From the human T2T-CHM13v2.0 reference genome, Homo sapiens, in assembly GCF_009914755.1 (NCBI RefSeq), contig NC_060937.1: a stretch of 64,000 bases of DNA; one strand, given 5' to 3'. The translations under genes and the position numbers were made by a program. Shown here piece after piece: positions 54,257 to 64,000 of this stretch (the first letter of the stretch is position 1; each line of letters starts with the position of its first letter). Under the pieces are notes generated by a model. The model did not search any database, was not told where the DNA came from, and saw nothing but the letters and a program-made list of their open reading frames with translations.

Positions 54257-54451
54257 GGGATATGATTGACACACATTAAAGTGATCATTTATTGGTGCAA
54301 AACTAGCTGAGTTTGTTTATCTAAACTAATCACTATCTTTGTCTTTGACCACTCAAAGGCATTTATGCTGGCTTCCATGAACTTAAAAAAGAAAAATTAC
54401 TTTGCAACATAAAGTAAAATTTAAGTTGGAGTGTAATTCTTTATCCTTTAT

Positions 54452-54628
54452 CAGCACTGTCCAATAAAACTTTCTGTGATGATGACAATGTATATCTCTG
54501 TTGAGTACATGAAATATATCAAGTTCAGTTGAAGAATTGATTTTTAAATCTTATTTGCTTTTAATTAATCTAGATTTTATAGCTAAATGGACATATGTGA
54601 CTAATGCTTACCATATTAGATAATGTAA
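54452..54628. mobile_element. MER3-type hAT-Charlie MITE
   Basis: 'cagcactgtccaataaaactttctgtgatgatg...catatgtgactaatgcttaccatattagataatg'. Confidence 0.78.
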
Positions 54629-57099
54629 CTTTGGAGTTGTTACTCTGACTTTCATTAATTTTATCTACAATTTAAAAGAATGTTGTTTAGTATATGATCT
54701 TCTTATTAAATTATCATGGTCAACAATTTGCTTTATAATAACATAATTTTTACACAATTTAATTGACCTTACAGCAATGGTATAAGCAAGCGAGAATTTC
54801 TTCTTTTTATTTATATTTATTATTATTATTATTTTAAATTTTTTCTGACCCTGGTCCTTTCATCATGAGAATTTCTAACTGAGATATTTCAATTTATCAT
54901 TTTCTTGGTGTCTCCAGACTTTTGTGACATTGAGCCATAGAGACAGTTAGCTGCTCTGTTTCAGGCATTAAATTAGACACTTCTTGTCCAGGCCATTGAC
55001 TATGACCTGGTCTAAGCCCAGAGAAAAATAACCTTGTTATCTTCTGTATAGAGAATTCTCTGGTTCCAATTGAATATCTGAAATAACTTGGGAATTGTGG
55101 GGAAAATGAAGTCTCAAAATTCAGTCGTTAGAGTATGAAAAATTCATCCCACAGGCTGTGGGAAGACAGGTGCAAACATTTTTTGCTCACATGTAAACAA
55201 TTTGATATAGAGACAATCTTGCAAATATGAGTATTGGCACTATATTTATTTCAATTACTGCAGAAGGAAATATGTTATATGGCACTGTGTGACGACTTAA
55301 CGATGGCTCAAAAAGTTCTTTAGTATAGTTTTGAGTTAAAATATTGGTGCAGGTATAGTGAAAACATAAGGTGCAATTAAATATTTGCAATTTTGCATGT
55401 CCTGAGAAATAAAGAAATCAGACAGATATAGTGTACAAAGGGGCAATGACTGTATTAGAAATGAAAGGAAGAATTAAACCTATATTGAAGTGAATGGGGA
55501 AAACTGGAGCATAAATAAAATACTGAGAAATTACAGTTAACTCAGTTGTACTTCCTACCAAGGTGGGGATATTACTCCCAGAGCAGCACATCAAGAAAAG
55601 CTTGAACTTCAGACTTGACCTTTTCATCTTCAAGTGGCTGCAAGACAATTAAGAAGGGGCATAAAATAAAATGCAATTATTACTTAGTGTGGATAATTTA
55701 ATTTTTTTCTTGTTAAATGTTTTTGTTTTAAGTGTAAAATTGGCTTATCTAAAAATAGAAGGAAATTAGAAAAGGAAAGTAGAATCGTGTGTTTAAAGTG
55801 GTCATGTTTGCGGAAACGAAGCTCAGGCAAAAATGCTTCAATTTTAGAAAGTGAAAAGTTATATTTTTGGTATAATCTGGGCAAGGTTATTTTTAAATAA
55901 AAGTTAACATTTTAATTAATTGAAAAATTTAAAACATGGATAAATAGCTAATTAAATATATATTTACCTTAAAAGCATGGCTTTGAATTTGAAAATTGGC
56001 AGTTATAATGAAAAGCTGAGTATAAAAGTAAAGAGTAAGTGGCAATTATTTAAATGAAAGTAAACGAAGAGCTCAGACAGATTCCAGGCATGGAGGATTA
56101 ACGGTTTGAAATATCGTGAAATAAGTAGGAAGACTTGTAATATACTGAAAAAGTAATTTTGATACCTTATCACTGGTTGGCCCAACTATAATTCTCTTTA
56201 TTATCAGATATGTAAAATAATTGAAAGGTAGTTATTTTTTGAAGTCAAGTACTCAAAACTCCTTCTATGTGTGAATATTAGGCAAAGAGTGAGTGAGAAA
56301 TTCAAAATATAAATTTTGTTTCAAATTCAAGATTCTAAACATTTCCAGGATTTTGAAAATTTAAAGCTGTGTAGAGATGAGTTTGAGAGAAATGAGCAGG
56401 GTGTTGAAACTGTGTAGCAATTAGATCTTCAAAGGGAAAATAGGGTTTGCATTAAGGGCTACACACCTTGTCTCAGGATTCTAAAATTGGTGTTCATAAT
56501 ACACTTCCGGAAATGTACAAATAATGTGGAAGTTTGATGCAACAATGTTGCATGTATATTTTCCCTGGGCAAAACTCCAAAAAGTCTCAGAAGAGTTTTT
56601 GATTTAAAAATGAAGAACCACAATTTTAGGCCACAGCTTGGGTCAACCCCTCAATTTGCCAGAGTGGTAAAGATGTGTAGGTCAAATTTAAATAACACTG
56701 TTATAATAATTACTTTGGTAATAAGTTTAGATTGTTCATGCAGTTTTCCAGTGGATTATAAAAAAAGATTATTTTCCAGGATATATGACAGTCTTAAATT
56801 AACCAGGTGGGAGATGTGGGATCAGTGAACTAGAAAAATAATTGAAAAAGATGCCTATACATTTTTTGCATATTTTCATGTGACCTGTCATTTTTCGTAG
56901 GTCTCTTTTTTCTTTATTTTTGAAAATAATGTCTTATTGGTGTTTGGCTTCTTTATTGGACACTGATAGCTATCAGAGGAAAAGAAAAAACTGGTTAATT
57001 AAATCAATATTTTACATAACTTTTCTATAGTGTATAAATAAGTAATGGCGTTTGTATTTCTGACTACATACTGGGTGTTTCTCAGATACAAAATGGTGA

Positions 57100-57821
57100 T
57101 GAGGTCAGGGATTGGCAGGATTTAATTTTCCTGTTGTGACCCTGCTAACTGGAGGAGGATAAGGTTAAAAGAAGATGCAGTGTTGAAGCCAGGCAAACCC
57201 AGCAGACGGCAACGAAGGTGACCTTCACTGGGGAACAACATACACGGGGGCCTATCATAGGTTTGTGGGGCTGGAGGAGAGAGAGAATCAGAAAAATAAT
57301 GAATGGGTACTAGGATTAATAACTGGGTATTGAAAATATCTGTACAACAAACCCCTATGACACAAGTTTGCCTATGTAACAAACACGTGTACCCCTAAAC
57401 TTACAATAAAAGTTAAAAAAAAAGAAAGTGACCTCTAATTGCTCTCATTGCTTATTTGCATAAAGACACTCTCACTAGTGCCATGACCATTTCCAAATGC
57501 CGTGGCAACACACCATAGCAATGGCCGAGAAATTACCTTTTATGGTTCCAGAAACTCCCTACCTTTTTCCAGAAAGTTCTGAATAACTGACCACTTAATT
57601 AGCACATAATTAAAAGTGGGTATAAATTCAGCTAGCTAGCAGCCCACAGGCACCAACTCTGAGCACACCTGTTATGGGTTAGCCCTGCTCTGCATGAAGC
57701 AGCTGTGGTTCAATAAAAGTTGCTTTCTCTCACAACTAGCTCACCCTTGAATTATTTCTAGGGAGGAGCCAAGAATATTCCCAGGCTAATCTCCAATCTG
57801 GGGGTTACCTGCTCTGCATCA
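57100..57821 (+). mobile_element. MER41-family ERV1 solo LTR, interrupted by an L1
   Basis: TG...CA; 4-bp TSD GTGA (57096-57099, 57822-57825); 'aagacactctcactagtgccatgaccatttccaaatgccgtggcaac'; TATA-like gtataaat; AATAAA. Confidence 0.8.
57225..57423 (+). mobile_element. L1PA13-16-like 3' end nested in the LTR
   Basis: 'atctgtacaacaaacccctatgacacaagtttgcctatgtaacaaac...aataaaagttaaaaa'; TSD gaa(g/a)gtgacct at 57214 and 57424. Confidence 0.9.
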
Positions 57822-59354
57822 GTGAGATAATACTTACATTAAAAGTAACTTATTATATTTTATAATAATAATATCTAATCTTGTCTGCTTTATTGTAATT
57901 AATGACATCATCATTCTCCTAGTATTATAAGTCCTATATCTATCTTATTGATATCTTTTCTTTTTCTTACTTGTTTTTTTCTTGGCCAAAATATCCTCAG
58001 AACTCTCTCTCCCATTCATGTTTGTATGAATACAAATATAATTAATAATTTTTATATTAATAACCCATTCATTAATAACCATGTCTCTACATACCATCTT
58101 TGCCTTCCCATTCTCCCTGTTTCAATCAATCCTATGTCCCAGTACAAACTTATTTTGTAAACAAGAAATTGATCAAGTGGTATAGCTCTTTGATATCAGT
58201 TGATAACTTTCCATTGCTACTGAAAATTAATCCCAATTGTTTGAATTTAGAATATTATATAATTTGGCTCTAACCTAGACATTTTAATTTCACAATTCCG
58301 CTATACATCAGAATTCTAGTCATTATTGTGTCATGTTCTGAAATATCAACTCCTCTACTTACCTATTTTTTGCTTTGTCTTTTGAAGTCTGTGCTAAATA
58401 GGTTGAATACTATTAACTGCTATGTTATTATAACATACAGTTACAAAATTAAATATTTTCCAATTCTAGAGAGATTGCACAGCCTGGTTTAAGAGAATTG
58501 AGTGACGTTGCCCTCAACAAACATGAAAGAACAGATTCCTTTCCCCAGTGCCACCAAAGGTGTTGCAATTTAATAATAACAAATCCTGAAAAACCAAAGT
58601 AAAACAAAAATTCTGCTTTGGCTAAAGAAAATTTATTAGCAGGGATGGAATTGGCTTGCAGAAGCAGTATAAAGCTCTTTCTTTCCAGAATACTTGATAG
58701 ATCTGTGCTTTTGAAAACCAGCTTTCATGGCATGCCTTTACTTGTCTTCAAATTGCTGTGATGTTTATATGGTGCTTGTCAACGGTATGTTTTGCCCTTA
58801 AGAATGAGAAAATGTACAGATTTGGGAAAGCAGTATGTAACTGCTGCAGTATGTTACTTAGTTTTAGGAATGTCAGTGCACAGTGTAAGACAATATACTG
58901 TACATTTAAATAAGGAAGTATACTGATGAACTGCTATAAAAATTGTATTTTAATGATAGCTTGAAAACTGATTCTTATAAATGTGTGGGTGTTAATTGTA
59001 TGTTTATTTTCTTCCCACAGATATATGTACAATATACTTAATACACATTAACTGCTTTTGAGTGAAATATTTTCTCCTTTTCATGAACACTTTGGATTGG
59101 TGAATAGTCTATCTTTTCTTTCCACTATATATTACATACACTAAAATACATAAGCATACATTTTCATAGCAATTATTGCAATTTTAAGTAGTTTATTTAT
59201 ATTGAAGGCTGACATACTGACTTCATTATTTCCTAAGAAACTTTTTGTTTCATTTTGTTAGGTTTTGTTTTTTGTGCCTTGTAAAGCAGAGTGAACTATA
59301 TGTTTTCTATTAAAGTTTGAACTCGTACTGATGACTATCTTCTAATGTCTGGAA

Positions 59355-59558
59355 CAGCAAAGGTTACAAGTACTGAATTTTCATTCTAGCTGCATCACTT
59401 ACCGCTATTTCACTTTGAACCAATGACTGAGAACCTGTGCCAAATATTATACCAAATATTTTCCTGTTTCTATATTAAACAATACTAGGACAATTCTGCT
59501 CCCAGGTTAAACAATACACAAGGCATAAAAATGCTTAGTTGCTTGCTCCAATAAATGC
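59355..59558 (+). mobile_element. MIR SINE, degraded
   Basis: 'ttctagctgcatcacttaccgctatttcactttgaacc...aaaatgcttag...caataaatg'. Confidence 0.5.
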
Positions 59559-61685
59559 TTCTAAAGCAGCTTCTCAAAAAATCTAAAAGCGTAACCTTCT
59601 AAAGCAGCTTGCTCAATAAAAAATCTAAAAGCGTTAAGGCTTGACCTTGCATAGAAAAATATTAAGAACTATCGGAGGTTCAGTCATCTGAAGTTACAAA
59701 GAATTGATATAGTAGGAAAGTATATACATAGGGTCAATATAGTATGAAAGTAGCTTAAATATAAGTAAATAAAAAGATAATGGAAGTAGCACATTTAACC
59801 TACTTATAAATATTAATAATTTTAAGCAAGTTTGCCAAGATACTTTAAAGAGTCCTGTTTGAGAGTCCTTGTTTTGTGAGATGAGGAAAAAGAGTAGATG
59901 TCAGTGTTTGTATTTTTCCAAAAATTTTATATCTGTGATTTCTTTTTACCATAAACAGGGGGTAATCAAGTATATCTTGGTGAAGAATGTTATTACATGT
60001 TCAGAAGTTAGATATAATTATTTTCTGGATAATGAGACTGTACATAAATAATATTTTTATTTCAAATATTTCTTCTCTTTAAGATAAATATTCAACCAAT
60101 ATTAATTATCTCTCTTTCTGTGAACTAGTTTTAGGCTCACAGATAAGTAGCAAGTAGCAAATAAGTAGTAGAAAGCTCAAATTTAGGCAAAGCTGTAGAA
60201 GAATTGGGCTTTGCCCTCACGCAGAGTAACATGGCAGTCAAAGGTCTTTCTAAAACCACCAAGCTCTTGTTGGTGATGGAACTGCTTTTCTCATCAATTG
60301 ACTTGTTCAAGTATTGTATTGAGCTCTAACTCTACTTCATTACTTAACTCTTCAATCTGGTTTGGAAGTGTGGCATTTTCTTGGGTATTTCAGTGCAATT
60401 CTTAAAGAAACTTCTTGCAAAAACTCAATATTTTACACATCACTTACAAATTCCTTTCTAAATGAAAAATAAACATTTTGACCCTTAAATGAATGAACAC
60501 TTTCCAAGACCAAAAACTAAGCCTGTCTATAACCCCTTGGCTTAAGATTGAACTAGATTTCTTCTTCACTCCACATTTAATCTGGAGTCATTTTTGTGAG
60601 AATAAGCTAAATGATAAACTGGTTATCCTCTCCATAGTAATTTTTATTATTTTCCTGTGTAAATTACTGCCAAATCATTATGACTCATTGAGGAGCCCCA
60701 AGGTATGCATGGTACAGTATTTCACCAATTACTTCTGGATTTATCCCTGTAACAAAGATCAAAACTGGGAAAATAACTCAAATTATTCTGCCTGACCCAA
60801 CAGGTGCTCATTTTGGAATTCAGAATTTGATTCTGTTACACAAAGAGAAAAGCACAGTTTGTATAATAATTTTTTAAGTGAAAAAATAATGCAATGGAAG
60901 AAAACTACTAGTCATTGTTATCAAGCTTCCAGAAGGGTGGTTCTACATTAAAAATGAAAACAATTCAAATGTGTCATTCAGAGCAATATAAATCACAGTA
61001 GGGAGATTTTTATTTTATTTAGAAACTTACACTGAAGGTTTCATCTAAATTCTGAAAGAATTTTAATGTATTGTTTTTAGAATTGAACAATCTTGGGCAT
61101 TCCATGATAGAAGTTTTCCTGAAAGCTAAAATCTTCTAATATATAATGTTTGCTACTATAAATCATGTGTTATCTTTCTCATTTTGATATTATAAAAGTG
61201 TTATCATGTATTATCTTCCTATTTTGATATTATAATAGCTACTATAATATAAAAAATATAAAAATGTATATATTTTCAAGAAATGTCAAGATATTTTTCT
61301 ATGTTTTGTCCAAATGAAAAAAAAAGATTTATTTAATGCTTACTTATTCCATCCTATATAATTTTCAGGTTTTGGAAGAAAATTTGGGAGAAAAAGCAAG
61401 AGAGATTTTGAAGGATCTTGAAGGCATAATTTAAGCTATGCTATCAATCAATTTCACATGATCCTAGTATTGTCACTCTGAAGCTTCTATAGATTCACAT
61501 TTTCATAAAATAAGAGTCAAGCCAGTCTGAATATAGCCTATTTTGTCTCTCTTTGTAAATACACGCTTTTTAGCATTTGGTGATATTCTTTAAAACATCA
61601 CTAAGTGGCATGAAAACAAAATTTAAATTTGTGAAGTTAATTTCACCTTGCAGAAATCTCCTGGGCTCAGAATCTTATCAAGTAA

Positions 61686-62027
<342 letters not shown>

Positions 62028-62551
62028 GTGTAAACCTAGAAAGACAAAGATAAAGTATGTTGCTACATTTGACATATCATATTTTTTAAAATGTTTTGAG
62101 GCATTTACAGATAGAGATTTTTTATTTTGTTTTTTAAGCTCTTCAGAAGAGACATAGAAATGACTAAGATTACTGTGTAGAAATATGAAAATAAAAATAG
62201 ACGAATGTCAAATTGGAAACCAAAGTATAATTCATTGCATACATAAAAATCTGTTTTAACCTTGTATATTCTACTTCACAGATGTCCTTTTGAAATTTTA
62301 ATGCTGATGGAGTTCACATTTCTGCCCACTGCAGCCCACATTTTAGTAAATGAGAGGGATGAAGGAATCTATAGAACACCAAGAATGGAAGATTATTTTG
62401 GGTAACAATGAGTGAGAGTGCAAGGCTTTAGAGCCAGTGAGCATCTAGATATTAAAAGATAGATGGGGATTGTTTAAGATTTGTAGGTATCTCTGTTATA
62501 CAATCTCCTTAAACGTTCATGAAATAATTAGGATTCAATATTTGATATATC

Positions 62552-62842
<291 letters not shown>

Positions 62843-63269
62843 TGGATATCTCTTTTTTACTTGGGATTCTTTAAAAGCAACTCTGATCTGGGATTGAACT
62901 ACATGGACATCATTTCACTCTTTTGTGGAAAATATACCCCATAAAGAGTGTCCACATTATTGTCTTGTTAATGCAGTAGGGTGTCCAGAAATAACAGGCC
63001 ATTCTAGAGCTAAAAGTTGGTCAAGGTGTACTTGAATGTTGAGGTAAATGGGTAAAGTTTTAAGTGTGTTATTTGTCTATATCCTGAGATTTTTCTGTAT
63101 TACTTTGAGTAACAGCTACTATAATAAATATTCCTACAATTTTAGAATCTTCAAACAGTTAGTGTTTGTTATTTCTGTAATAGTCCAATATAAATGTTCC
63201 TGGCCAGCTTGTAGTCCTATTATACAAATTAAAGCATGAGATCTTCATTTTGTTTGTTTTATCATCCTC

Positions 63270-63500
63270 TACAATCTTGGATTCTTCTGCTTCTACCCAG
63301 CTAACAGGGCAGGGGGCAGTAGCGAAGGACATATGCTTTTTTTAAAAAAAAGTCCAACCTAGAAATGACACATCATTTCCATTCATGTTTAAATAATAAT
63401 TCATCATGTAATCCTACTTAGATATAAGGAATACTAGAATGTATATAGTTCTAATTGTAGGCATTTTTCATCAACAAATGCCCACCATGGCAAGGGTCAG
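63270..63500 (-). mobile_element. MLT1-type fragment
   Basis: 'cctagaaatgacacatcatttccattcat...acttagatataaggaatactagaatgtatatagttct'. Confidence 0.5.
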
Positions 63501-63914
63501 CAATTTGTTGAAGGCAGTTATCTATATCTGAAACGGTGCCATTTGTTACTTTTTATGAGACTTTTAAATGTAAATTTATTGTAATGACCTAAGTTCAGTT
63601 GTTTTAATAAACCTTCATGAAACTAATATCAGATTTGAAGAAAACATTTGATTTCATTCTTAGCCGTGGACCTAAATAATTTTGAACCTGTTGCACCAAA
63701 TCAATGTGTCTGTGGGGGTTCCATTGTACAAGCTCTCAAAGCTCCTGGCAATTTGGCCAGAAGCCCTTCTTCAACCCCATTTTCTGAATTTGTCTACATA
63801 GAAACTATATTTCATTTATTTAATTTTGCCTGTTCTTCAAACCATAATTTAATAAAGTGGAAATATTTTTATTAGAGAGACTTCTAGTCACATACTTCAT
63901 TGAAGTTTAAAATG

Positions 63915-64000
63915 CCCCATGTTTCAAATGTTCCCCAAGACCACCCTCAGGTTGAGTGATTCACCAGATGGACTTGCAGCTGAGGCTTATTATAGAGAAG
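63915..64000. mobile_element. MER21-like LTR, runs off the window edge
   Basis: 'ttccccaagaccaccctcaggttgagtgattcaccagatggact'. Confidence 0.55.

Noticed and set aside
56480-56625. Possible hAT/Charlie MITE remnant
   Set aside because: Only the terminal 'aagaaccac' similarity is visible; too degraded to call

Overview
AT-rich, repeat-dense primate (very probably human or great-ape) intergenic or deep-intronic DNA. I see no intact protein-coding gene, rRNA, tRNA or CRISPR array. The only ORFs that resemble known proteins are broken LINE-1 ORF2 pieces and a broken gammaretrovirus-like gag/integrase. Main contents: about ten Alus; LINE-1 fragments of many ages, including a young ~200-bp L1PA2-like insertion with a clean TSD; L2 and MIR fossils; MaLR LTRs (MLT1, THE1); a solo MER11 LTR with a perfect 6-bp TSD; a MER41-family LTR interrupted by an L1; DNA-transposon MITEs; and a heavily deleted ERV1 provirus (HUERS-P/LTR1-LTR27-MER52 group) at ~44.9-49.2 kb with a tRNA-Pro PBS. 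The observations most worth a second look are structural: a nested inverted-repeat cluster at ~44.0-44.3 kb, an L1 whose 5' terminus is fused to the end of ORF2, an old twin-priming L1 inversion, a tail-less L1 filler inside a TA repeat, and a few candidate splice-competent micro-exons in unique sequence. I found no convincing evidence of a new biological system. Subfamily names come from remembered consensus sequences, not from a RepeatMasker or Dfam run.
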